Both the position numbers and the translations under genes were made by a program. Below, in pieces: positions 1 to 8,996 of a stretch of DNA of 60,653 nucleotides. The notes under the pieces were generated by a model. That model did not search any database, was not told where the DNA came from, and worked only from the letters and a program-made list of their open reading frames with translations. The stretch comes from Candidatus Epulonipiscium sp. (GTDB lineage Bacteria; Bacillota; Clostridia; Lachnospirales; Defluviitaleaceae): NCBI GenBank assembly GCA_012521175.1, contig JAAYMW010000036.1, positions 1 through 60,653 of the forward strand. Reading direction: 5' to 3'. Each line of letters begins with the position of its first letter. Position 1 is the stretch's first letter.

Positions 1-602
1 ATAGCAGTGTTTTAATTCCGAGGCAGGATACGGAAATATTGGTTGAGACGGCATTGGAGTTTATAGATAAAGACAAAGAATTTCAAGTTTTAGATGTTTG
101 TACGGGCTCCGGGTGTATTGGCATTAGTATTGCCTATTATGCTCCGTTAAGCCAAGTCATTGGCATAGATATTTCAGAGGATGCCCTTAAGGTTGCGAGA
201 TATAATGCGAAACTCAATAAAGTCAATGACAGGGTTCATTTTATAAAGAGTAATTTATTTGGAGAAGTTCCTAAGAACTTAAAAGGAACAGTGGATATGA
301 TTGTATCCAATCCCCCATATATTCCGACTGAGGAAATCAAAGAGCTTATGAAAGAAGTAAATGCTTACGAACCAACAATTGCCTTAGACGGAGGAAAGGA
401 TGGGTTGGATTTTTATCGCCTAATCGTTAAAGATGGGAAGGAATACCTTAAATCTGGAGGCATTTTGCTTTTTGAAATAGGATATAATCAGGGGGATGAT
501 GTCGTTCATCTCTTAAAATCTCAAAATTTTACAGAGATTGAAATAAAAAAGGATTTGGCAGGACTCAACAGAGTAGTTTTTGGAATAAAAGAACAGAGGT
601 GA
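1..602 (+). CDS. prmC: Release factor glutamine methyltransferase (5' end outside the window)
   Basis: The frame is open from position 3 ([15 protein letters not shown]). It has the [12 protein letters not shown] motif, the NPPY motif and [12 protein letters not shown], and lies directly upstream of prfA. Confidence 0.95.
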   Translation, partial: SSVLIPRQDTEILVETALEFIDKDKEFQVLDVCTGSGCIGISIAYYAPLSQVIGIDISEDALKVARYNAKLNKVNDRVHFIKSNLFGEVPKNLKGTVDMIVSNPPYIPTEEIKELMKEVNAYEPTIALDGGKDGLDFYRLIVKDGKEYLKSGGILLFEIGYNQGDDVVHLLKSQNFTEIEIKKDLAGLNRVVFGIKEQR

Positions 603-606
603 GAAA

Positions 607-1674
607 ATGTTTGACAGATTAGAAGAAATTCTAAAAAAATACGAACTTCTTTCAGAAAAAATAAGCGATCCAGAAGTCATCAGCAATCAAAGTGAATGGC
701 AAAAGATGATGAAAGAATACAGCGATTTACGTCCTTTGGTTGAAAAATATAAGGAATATAAAGCAACTAAAGAAGCGATTGAAGAAGCCAATATGCTTTT
801 GGAAGATAATTTAGAAGAAGATTTCCGCCAATTGGTGAAAGAAGAATTGGCAGAAAACAAGGCTAAAATCGTTGGTATTGAAGAAGAGTTAAAGATACTG
901 CTTCTTCCTAAAGACCCTAATGATGAGAAGAATGTTATCGTTGAAATCCGCGGAGGAGCAGGGGGAGACGAAGCAGCTCTCTTTGCAGGGGATCTTTTCA
1001 GAATGTATTCAAGATATGCCGAAAGAAAACGCTGGAAAGTAGAAATTATGGACAGCAATGCAATCGGTGTTGGCGGTTTTAAAGAAATTGTATTTATGAT
1101 TCAGGGACAGGGTGCTTATTCAAAGCTCAAATACGAAAGTGGTGTTCACCGTGTTCAAAGAATTCCAGTGACAGAGTCCGGAGGAAGAATTCATACCTCT
1201 ACTGTTACTGTTGCCGTACTTCCTGAAGCTGAAGAAGTAGACGTGGAACTCAATATGAATGACATTCGGGTAGATGTGTTCCGCTCTTCAGGAAACGGTG
1301 GACAAAGCGTTAACACAACAGATTCTGCCGTAAGAATTACCCATATGCCTACTGGAATCGTTGTGAGCTGTCAAGATGAAAAATCCCAGCTTAAAAATAA
1401 AGAAAAAGCGCTAAAAGTTCTTAGGGCAAAACTATATGAAATAGAGCTGGAAAAACAGCAAAAAGAATTGGCAGCTGCAAGAAAAAGTCAAGTTGGAACA
1501 GGAAACAGAAATGAAAGAATCCGTACTTATAATTTCCCTCAGGGAAGAGTAACAGATCACAGAATAGGATTGACACTTCACAGATTAGGCGATATTCTGG
1601 ATGGAGACTTAGATGAAGTGATTGAGAATCTTATTACAGTAGATCAAACAGAAAAGCTTAAAAATGAAATGTAG
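607..1674 (+). CDS. prfA: Peptide chain release factor 1
   Basis: GGQ motif (GNGGQSVN), RF1-specific PVT motif and [17 protein letters not shown]. Confidence 0.97.
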   Translation: MFDRLEEILKKYELLSEKISDPEVISNQSEWQKMMKEYSDLRPLVEKYKEYKATKEAIEEANMLLEDNLEEDFRQLVKEELAENKAKIVGIEEELKILLLPKDPNDEKNVIVEIRGGAGGDEAALFAGDLFRMYSRYAERKRWKVEIMDSNAIGVGGFKEIVFMIQGQGAYSKLKYESGVHRVQRIPVTESGGRIHTSTVTVAVLPEAEEVDVELNMNDIRVDVFRSSGNGGQSVNTTDSAVRITHMPTGIVVSCQDEKSQLKNKEKALKVLRAKLYEIELEKQQKELAAARKSQVGTGNRNERIRTYNFPQGRVTDHRIGLTLHRLGDILDGDLDEVIENLITVDQTEKLKNEM

Positions 1675-1675
1675 T

Positions 1676-1708
1676 AAAGACGCCTGGGTTAGACGCCTGG
1701 GCGTTTTT
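1676..1708 (+). terminator. Intrinsic terminator after prfA
   Basis: GACGCCTGGG/CCTGGGCGTT stem with G-U pairs, followed by a T-tract. Confidence 0.75.
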
Positions 1709-1879
1709 ATGTTCTTTTTTTAAGAATACTGTATGCATCATTTGAATTCAATTAATTTTTGTACTATAATTCTACTGATATTATAGAGAAACCCTATATA
1801 CAAACAATTTAATTTTAAGGGTTAAAATCTATAACATAAAGGTAATCATGAAATTATTATCATTAAAGGAGGAACTGTC

Positions 1880-3109
1880 ATGGAGGTTATCGAATCTATT
1901 TTACAGGGCTTAGAAGAGAAAAAATTCCTTTTAGATTTAGTGCTTCTTCTAAGTGCTGCTTCCATAGGAGGATGGCTTTCTGGTCTTATAAAGATGCCTA
2001 AGGTATTAGGACAAATTCTTTTAGGAATTATTTTAGGGCCAACCGTATTAGGGTGGCTGAACGGACAAAATGAAATGATTCACACGATGTCTGAAATAGG
2101 GGTTATATTTCTGATGTTTTTAGCAGGACTGGAAACTGATGTCAACGAATTAAAATCATCAGGTAAAGGTGCTTCTGTTATTGCAGCGGGGGGCGTAATT
2201 TTTCCCTTGTTTTTTGGAACAGTCATTCCTTATCTTCTCTTTAAACAATATCTTCCTGAAGGTACCGGACATCAGCAATTCCTTTTTGCCCTTTATATAG
2301 GAACTATTTTAACTGCTACTTCTGTTAGTATCTCAGTATCTGTTTTAAGGGATATGAAAAAATTAAGCAGTAAAGAAGGACTTTCCATATTAAGTGCAGC
2401 AATTATAGACGACGTACTGGGTATTATTTTGCTGGCAGTTATTACAGGAATGGTTAATCCATCAGGGAATAGCAGCATCATTGGACTCATTATTAGAATA
2501 GTGTCTTTCTTTGTAATCACTTTTATAGTCGGAATCATCATATCCAAATTAATTACTTCTTTTGCTATGGGCTCGGCGTGGAGTGAAAAGATTATTATTT
2601 TTGCTATCATATCATGTTTTCTCTTTGCGTTTATGGCGGAAGTTTTTAAAATTGCTGCTATTACGGGAGCATACCTTGTAGGGGTTATTTTTTCTACCAC
2701 TCCTTATCAGCGAAAGATAACGGACAGAATTCAAGTACTGGCATATTCTTTGTTTACACCGATCTTTTTTGTAAGTATTGGGTTAAAAGTAGCTATTACA
2801 TCGGAAATCTTTAAATATTGGAAATATGCTATTGTGATTGTATTGATTGCCGTATTCGGTAAAATTATTGGCTGTGGCTTGGGCGCTTTAATATCTAAGT
2901 TTAATTTAAGGCAGGCATTTCAAATAGGCGTTGGAATGATTGCCAGAGCGGAAGTAGCTTTGATTATTGCCAGTCAGGGAGTTGCAAGCAAAGTGATTTC
3001 TGATGCAACCTTTACAAGTATTGTGCTGTTGGTTGTTATCTCAACTATAGTGACTCCCCCTCTTTTAAAATTTTCCTTCAGCAATAAGAAGGCCGAAGAA
3101 GCTGTCTAA
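1880..3109 (+). CDS. Cation:proton antiporter (CPA2, NapA/GerN-like), no cytoplasmic RCK domain
   Basis: Polytopic membrane protein with GVIFLMFLAGLETD, ATSVSI, AAIIDD, PIFFVSIG and GMIARAEVALII motifs; AAAGGAGG RBS. Confidence 0.9.
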   Translation: MEVIESILQGLEEKKFLLDLVLLLSAASIGGWLSGLIKMPKVLGQILLGIILGPTVLGWLNGQNEMIHTMSEIGVIFLMFLAGLETDVNELKSSGKGASVIAAGGVIFPLFFGTVIPYLLFKQYLPEGTGHQQFLFALYIGTILTATSVSISVSVLRDMKKLSSKEGLSILSAAIIDDVLGIILLAVITGMVNPSGNSSIIGLIIRIVSFFVITFIVGIIISKLITSFAMGSAWSEKIIIFAIISCFLFAFMAEVFKIAAITGAYLVGVIFSTTPYQRKITDRIQVLAYSLFTPIFFVSIGLKVAITSEIFKYWKYAIVIVLIAVFGKIIGCGLGALISKFNLRQAFQIGVGMIARAEVALIIASQGVASKVISDATFTSIVLLVVISTIVTPPLLKFSFSNKKAEEAV

Positions 3110-3157
3110 TTTTTTAAGAAATCAAATACTTATTATTCATAAAGGAGAAGATACAAT

Positions 3158-3568
3158 ATGTATGCACTATTTATTGTATTAAATGAAGTGGAATATCTTT
3201 CTGATATATTGTTTAAAATACGACAATTAGGCATCAGAGGCGCAACAGTTATAGACAGCATGGGATCCAGATCCATTGAAGAAAAGTCAAAATACGATAT
3301 CCCTTTAATCGGAGGATTTATGAAGTCTCTGGAGGGAGGCACCCAAAGCAACAAAACAATTTTTTCAGTCATAGAGAGAGAAGAACAGGTTGAACTGGTT
3401 ATGGAATATGTTGAAAAAATTCTTGGAGGAGATATGAAAAAGCCTAATAAAGGCATTATGTTTGTACTGCCTGTAACACATTTTCGGGGAGGAGAGCTCC
3501 ACAGACATATTGAAAGCAGGGAAAACAAAAAGGTTCTAAAAAAAGAGTTCGAAAGCGAATATTATTAA
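3158..3568 (+). CDS. Non-canonical PII-superfamily protein
   Basis: GIRGATVIDSMG ... KTIFSVI ... PNKGIMFVLPV pattern of PII-like ferredoxin-fold proteins. It lacks the GlnB/GlnK YRGxEY T-loop. Confidence 0.7.
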   Translation: MYALFIVLNEVEYLSDILFKIRQLGIRGATVIDSMGSRSIEEKSKYDIPLIGGFMKSLEGGTQSNKTIFSVIEREEQVELVMEYVEKILGGDMKKPNKGIMFVLPVTHFRGGELHRHIESRENKKVLKKEFESEYY

Positions 3569-3601
3569 AATCTACACGTCAATAGGTAAAGGGGCGATTT
3601 A

Positions 3602-3961
3602 ATGAAGCCGAAAGGATATGTCCTTTTTGTGGTATTAAGTAATGCCAAAAACTTAAAAACTGTATTAAAGTGTCTTAAAAAAATAAACATTACAGGAGCT
3701 ACCATTATAGACTCTATAGGTTCTGCAAGTTTATACAGTATGGATGATATCTATATTCCTATGATTGCAAGTTCCATGAAAGATTTAGATACTCAAAAAA
3801 GCTATGGGAAGACCTTGTTTTCCGTTGTTAAAGATGAGGAGACGGTATTAAAAGCGATGGATGAAATTGAAGATGTATTAAATCTGGATATAAAAAATCC
3901 TGGTAAAGGCATCATGTTTTCTGTCCCGATTTATTCTATGAAGGGAATCACAGAACATTGA
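3602..3961 (+). CDS. Second non-canonical PII-superfamily protein (paralog of 3158..3568)
   Basis: ITGATIIDSIG ... KTLFSVV ... PGKGIMFSVPI, colinear with the upstream ORF. Confidence 0.7.
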   Translation: MKPKGYVLFVVLSNAKNLKTVLKCLKKINITGATIIDSIGSASLYSMDDIYIPMIASSMKDLDTQKSYGKTLFSVVKDEETVLKAMDEIEDVLNLDIKNPGKGIMFSVPIYSMKGITEH

Positions 3962-3982
3962 AACTTATATTCTATTTAAATC

Positions 3983-4029
3983 AATCACCCCATAAGATAA
4001 TTAATAAAATCGTATCTTATGGGGTGATT
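3983..4029 (+). promoter_or_regulatory. Perfect 17-bp inverted repeat covering the RBS of the ZIP gene
   Basis: AATCACCCCATAAGATA (3983-3999) pairs with TATCTTATGGGGTGATT (4013-4029). The ATG is at 4032. Confidence 0.6.
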
Positions 4030-4031
4030 TT

Positions 4032-4775
4032 ATGCTTTGGGCGCTGCCTAGTTTTGGATTAGGGTATATGACCGGATTTATCGGTATTCTAACTGGAATA
4101 ATATTATCTTTTCTAACTTCTAAAAAAGGAAAGAGATTTCAGGGAACCATTATGGGATTTACAGCTGGACTTATGATTGCTACCGTTTGCTTTGATCTCC
4201 TGCCGGAGGCTTTTTCACGGGGCGGATTATATATTGGAATAATTGGGGTAACTTTAGGTGTTCTTATAACAGTAAAATTGGATCACACGATTAATCATTA
4301 TATGAAAAAAACTAAGTATTTAAAAGGTTCACAGTATCTAAAAACAGGATTGCTTATGGCATTTGGTCTCTCGATTCATAATATACCGGAAGGTATTGCC
4401 ATAGGTGCACTGGCAGGCAGTTCAATGGCTTCAGGTCTTAGACTTGCTGTTATTGTAGCCCTTCACTGCATACCGGAAGGTATTGCTATTGCCATTCCTT
4501 TAAAGGAAGCAGGAATCAAAAAGAAAGTAATCATATATTATTCTTTTATTTTTGCTCTGCCTATGGGATTGGGAAGCTTTTTAGGATATTTTATCAGTGG
4601 AATTTCCGTACTATTTGTTGCACTTTCCTTGGGGTTGGCAGGAGGCATTATACTTTATGTAACTTGTGGAGAAATCCTTCCTGAATCAAAAGAAATGTGG
4701 GGAGGCAGACTTTCTACCGTTGGAACGATGCTGGGTATTATTTTAGGGATAACCATTGCTTCTCTTATAGGATAA
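4032..4775 (+). CDS. ZIP (ZupT/GufA) family metal transporter
   Basis: HNIPEG and HCIPEG motifs, FTAGLM..LLPEA, AGGIILYV..EILPE; hydrophobic. Confidence 0.9.
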   Translation: MLWALPSFGLGYMTGFIGILTGIILSFLTSKKGKRFQGTIMGFTAGLMIATVCFDLLPEAFSRGGLYIGIIGVTLGVLITVKLDHTINHYMKKTKYLKGSQYLKTGLLMAFGLSIHNIPEGIAIGALAGSSMASGLRLAVIVALHCIPEGIAIAIPLKEAGIKKKVIIYYSFIFALPMGLGSFLGYFISGISVLFVALSLGLAGGIILYVTCGEILPESKEMWGGRLSTVGTMLGIILGITIASLIG

Positions 4776-4818
4776 AAGAGTTCCCTAATCGACATTTATA
4801 CAAAAAATTCTATAAATA

Positions 4819-4878
4819 TTGACAAAAACACAATGCTTAGTGTATAATTTTGCCAATACAGTAAGTGATGACTTATTG
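4819..4878 (+). promoter_or_regulatory. SigA-type promoter and putative TetR operator for chemosensory cluster 1
   Basis: TTGACA(4819)-N18-TATAAT(4843). Imperfect palindrome CAGTAAGT-GATG-ACTTATTG (4859-4878) just before the RBS. Confidence 0.65.
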
Positions 4879-4890
4879 GAGAGGTAAAAA

Positions 4891-5493
4891 ATGGAACTGA
4901 GTTCTGTTCATAAAAAAGCAAATATCGTATTAACTGCAATTGACCTAATTCATGAGTTTGGCATACATTCCGTCTCAACGAAGGAAATTGCAAGAAGATT
5001 GGGGCTTTCTGAAAGTACTATTTTTAAATATTTCTCGAAGAAAAACCATATATTTCTGGCTGTTTTAGAGCATTTTTCTCTATATGATCAGGATATATTT
5101 CGCACTTCTTTAGAAAAAGCAAAGAAAAGTACTTCTAGAGAAGCCATTTTATTTTATATGGATTCCTATGTGAGTTATTATGAGAACTATCCTCAAATTA
5201 CTGCACTTATACAAGCCTACGAACTTTTTAGAGGAATTTCAGAATTAGAGACTAGGGCGAAAGATATTTTCCTAAATCGTTTAGCGCATATACAGGAACT
5301 TATTAGGATAGCTCAAGAAGCGAATGTCATCAAACAAGACATAAGTACGGAAATATTAGCCGATATGGTACATTCTATATTTATAGGACTTTGCCTTAAG
5401 TGGAGAATAAAAAATTTTAACTTTTCTTTAAGAAAGGAAACAATGCATACAATTCATTTATGGTTAGATGCCTTTAGTTATAAAAAAGATTAA
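4891..5493 (+). CDS. TetR/AcrR family transcriptional regulator
   Basis: N-terminal HTH STKEIARRLGLSESTIFKYFSKK; 200 aa. Confidence 0.92.
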   Translation: MELSSVHKKANIVLTAIDLIHEFGIHSVSTKEIARRLGLSESTIFKYFSKKNHIFLAVLEHFSLYDQDIFRTSLEKAKKSTSREAILFYMDSYVSYYENYPQITALIQAYELFRGISELETRAKDIFLNRLAHIQELIRIAQEANVIKQDISTEILADMVHSIFIGLCLKWRIKNFNFSLRKETMHTIHLWLDAFSYKKD

Positions 5494-5520
5494 TTTTTAT
5501 AAGACCTGGAGGTGGTACCT

Positions 5521-6843
5521 ATGTCTGAGCCATATTTTAACGAGCCAATGCTTGATATGTATATTTTTGAAACCACACAGAATATTGAACAGTTAGAAAA
5601 CATCATCATTTTATGCGAAAAAAACAGTTTTTATAGTCAAGAGTCTATCAATGAGATATTTCGTATCATGCACACCATAAAAGGTTCTTCAGCTATGATG
5701 CTTTTTAATAATATATCCACTCTTGCGCACTCTATGGAAGATTTATTTTATTACATTCGTGAACAGAAACCCAAGGATGTAGATTACTCTGTTGTTTCAG
5801 ATCTTGTGTTGGATGGTATAGATTTTATAAAAATAGAGCTTCAAAAAATAAAGGATGGTCAAAAAGTTGATGGGGATTGTTCTAATCTCATCCATAGCAT
5901 CAAAGAATTCCTTTCTCTCATAAAGCAACAGAATCCTTCAGATATGGAGATTAAAACACCGGTGTCTAATGATAAGCAGCAGTATTATATACCGCCTGAC
6001 AAGTCTGGTAATTTTTTAAGAAATAATTATTTTAAAGCAACTATATTTTTTGATGACGATTGTGGGATGGAACATCTTAGGGCATACACTGTTATACATA
6101 GTTTAAAAGAATTGACGCCGGAGATTTATTTTATTCCAGAGGATGTCATGGAAAATGATGGTACTGCAGAACTTATTAAAAAGCAGGGATTCCAAATCTA
6201 TGTAAAAATAGATAAATCTTATGATGAAATGTATCAATTACTGATGCAGACTATGTTTCTTAAGGATTTAGAACTTATTCAGCTGGAAAATGAAGAAGAA
6301 CTCAATCAGTTTGTTAAGCCTTCCAAAAGAAATATAGAAGAAAGTCCTATCAAAATCCCCAGAGTTCAGCCTCAGGAATATTCCTCCCTTTCTGTTAATC
6401 AGACGATGATTAGCGTGAATGTAGAAAAACTGGACAAGCTTATGGACTTAGTCGGGGAAATGGTTATCGCAGAAGCAATGGTTGTACAAAATCCCGATTT
6501 AGCAGGATTGGAGCTTAATAATTTTCACAAGGCTGCAAGGCAGTTACATAAGATTACGAGCGAAATTCAAGATATGGTCATGTCCATTCGGATGGTGCCT
6601 CTTTCTATGACCTTCCATAAGATGTACAGGATTGTTAGAGATATGACTAAGAAACTCAATAAAGAAGTCAATCTTAAACTAATTGGTGAAGAAACGGAAG
6701 TGGATAAAAATATTATCGAACACATTTCAGATCCCCTTATGCATTTAATTCGAAATGCCATTGATCATGGCATTGAACGTGGAGATGAAAGGGAAGCATT
6801 AGGGAAACCCAGAGCTGCCGGAGTATATAAGGGGGATTATTAA
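5521..6843 (+). pseudogene. cheA: cheA, 3'-truncated by a deletion (HPt, P2 and dimerisation domains present; most of the ATPase and P5 missing)
   Basis: FRIMHTIKGSS (HPt), VEKLDKLMDLVGEMVI and DPLMHLIRNAIDHGIE (N-box). CheA similarity ends at GKPRA (about 6817), then the ORF reads out of frame through cheW sequence. The ATG at 5521 has a GGAGGTGG RBS. Confidence 0.88.
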
Positions 6844-7150
6844 CTTACGTGGAAAGATTATTCCTGTAATGGATGTAAGATTACGATTTAAGAAACCATT
6901 TAAAGAATACAATGACAGAACCTGTGTCATTGTTGTAGACATAAGAGAAGTGGCGATTGGCTTAATAGTAGACAGCGTATCGGAGGTTCTTTCTATTAGT
7001 GAAAATGAAATTGTTGCCCCTCCTGATATGAGTAAGGGAGGAAATAAATATATAAAAGGAATCGGTAAGGTTGGAAGCGAAGTAAAACTTTTATTAGATT
7101 GTGATAAATTATTAAATGAAGAAGAAGCGGAACACCTGTCAGACATCTAG
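6809..7150 (+). pseudogene. cheW: cheW, 5'-truncated
   Basis: From 6809 the frame reads PELPEYIRGIINLRGKIIPVMDVRLRF...IGLIVDSVSEV (CheW core). There is an in-frame TAG at 6800 and the N-terminal third is missing. Confidence 0.88.
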
Positions 7151-7169
7151 AGTTTAGGGGGGGCTAATT

Positions 7170-8903
7170 ATGAAATGGTTTAATAACATGAAAATATCTG
7201 CAAAACTTACCATTAGTTTTATCATTGTTGCAATAATCGCTGGAATCGTAGGAGTCGTTGGCATAGTCAATATCAAGGAAATAGATCATAATGATCAAAT
7301 ATTGTATGAAAATATGACAGTCCCTCTATCGGAAGTTGGCCAAATAGCAACCTCATTTCATAGAATGCGTGTTAATGCTGGAAATATGATTTTAGCAACG
7401 GATGTAGATGAAATTAACTCATATTATGAGAGGGCCTTAATGTTTCGCTCAGAAATCGATACACTGATTGTCAGCTTTGAAAAAACAATTATTGACGATA
7501 GAACCAGAGAGATATATAACAACTTAATGACCAATTTGGCTACATTCAATACTGCTTTAGATAAGCATGTAGTGTTGTGTAGAGACAATAGAGACGAAGA
7601 GGCTTCCACATTTCTTAAAGATGAACTGAGACCCGTTATTGATGCTATACAAGATGATTTAGACACTTTGGTTCAACTTAAAATCGAAAATGCCCATGCA
7701 AGAGCTATTGAGAATACTCGTACTGCAAATAGTGCTTCTGTCTTCATGAGCTTGGTTGTTCTTGGGGGCGTTATGGTGTCTATTATTCTTGGATTAAGTA
7801 TTGCGCATATTATTAGCAGACCAATCAAACAGTTGTCCAATATTGCCGAAAAAATTGCCGTTGGTGATTTAAATGTAGAACTCGATATTTATTCCAAGGA
7901 TGAAATTGGAAAACTGGCGGCATCCTTTAGGAAGATGTCTGATAATCTAAACGATATTATGACGAGAATTACTTTTGCTGCGGAACAAGTTGCTGCCGGT
8001 TCAAAGCAATTGTCGGATTCCAGTATATTGCTCTCTCAGGGAGCTACAGAACAAGCCAGTTCCATTGAAGAATTGACTGCATCCCTTGAAGAGATTTCTT
8101 CACAAGTAAGATTGAATGCAGACAATGCAAAACAAGCCAATGACTTGGCAGATGATGCAAAGGCAAATGCTGCCCAAGGAAAAGATCAAATGAATGAAAT
8201 GCTGAGGGCGATGGAAGAAATCAATCATTCTTCTAATAGTATATCAAAAATTATTAAGGTTATTGATGACATAGCCTTTCAAACCAATATTCTGGCGCTT
8301 AACGCTGCAGTAGAGGCTGCAAGGGCTGGACAGCACGGTAAAGGTTTTGCAGTGGTTGCAGAGGAAGTTAGAAACTTGGCAGCTAGATCAGCCAATGCGG
8401 CCAAAGAGACCACAGCCATGATTGAAGGTTCTATTAAAAAGGCTGAAGCAGGAACAAAAATTGCCAATGAGACTGCTGAGGCATTAAATAATATTGTTCA
8501 GAGCATTTCCAAGGTAGCCAATCTTGTAGGAGAAATTGCGACTGCCTCCAGTGAACAAGCCAGTGGCATTTCTCAAATCAACCAAGGCATTATGCAAATT
8601 TCTCAAGTAGTTCAGACGAACTCCTCGACCTCTGAAGAAAGTGCTGCTGCCAGTGAAGAATTGGCAAATCAGGCAGATATGTTAAGAGACCAAGTAACAA
8701 AATTTAAGTTAAAGCGTTCTTGCCCATCAGGATACACTTATAGAGAGCATACCATAGATAGTCAGAATGGTAAAAACACCAAAGGTAAAAAGAACAACAT
8801 AAAAAAATCCTCCTTTGAATCAGATCAATATGAAGAAGGAGAAGGTAACTTTGGTGCTGTCAGTAAGATCGTACTGAATGATGGGGAATTTGGCAAATAT
8901 TAA
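7170..8903 (+). CDS. Methyl-accepting chemotaxis protein (4-helix-bundle sensor, HAMP, C-terminal EFGKY)
   Basis: Two TM segments, HAMP ([10 protein letters not shown]) and signalling hairpin [20 protein letters not shown]. Confidence 0.95.
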   Translation: MKWFNNMKISAKLTISFIIVAIIAGIVGVVGIVNIKEIDHNDQILYENMTVPLSEVGQIATSFHRMRVNAGNMILATDVDEINSYYERALMFRSEIDTLIVSFEKTIIDDRTREIYNNLMTNLATFNTALDKHVVLCRDNRDEEASTFLKDELRPVIDAIQDDLDTLVQLKIENAHARAIENTRTANSASVFMSLVVLGGVMVSIILGLSIAHIISRPIKQLSNIAEKIAVGDLNVELDIYSKDEIGKLAASFRKMSDNLNDIMTRITFAAEQVAAGSKQLSDSSILLSQGATEQASSIEELTASLEEISSQVRLNADNAKQANDLADDAKANAAQGKDQMNEMLRAMEEINHSSNSISKIIKVIDDIAFQTNILALNAAVEAARAGQHGKGFAVVAEEVRNLAARSANAAKETTAMIEGSIKKAEAGTKIANETAEALNNIVQSISKVANLVGEIATASSEQASGISQINQGIMQISQVVQTNSSTSEESAAASEELANQADMLRDQVTKFKLKRSCPSGYTYREHTIDSQNGKNTKGKKNNIKKSSFESDQYEEGEGNFGAVSKIVLNDGEFGKY

Positions 8904-8996
8904 TTGGTCATTTAATATAGTACTTACGAATGTATATGGAGGGAAGCGTTAGATTCTCTCCATATGTTAAATAAAGGGTATGGCAGGTGTCAAAAT

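Noticed and set aside
1710-1879. Na+, c-di-AMP or other riboswitch upstream of the antiporter
   Set aside because: The region is AT-rich with only a weak AACCCT/AGGGTT pairing and no recognisable aptamer consensus or leader terminator.
6808-6843. Programmed frameshift producing a functional CheA-CheW fusion
   Set aside because: Even in frame, the product would lack the ATP-binding G boxes and the CheW N-terminus. Microhomology deletion explains the junction better.
7157-7163. G7 tracts before MCP1 and MCP2 (and G6 before MCP3) as phase-variation switches
   Set aside because: They sit at Shine-Dalgarno positions, G-rich RBSs are common in this window, and the tracts are short.
8270-8420. Nucleotide similarity among 8270-8420, about 47150-47300 and about 52890-53000 as a mobile repeat
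   Set aside because: It is explained by the conserved MCP signalling hairpin in three receptor genes.
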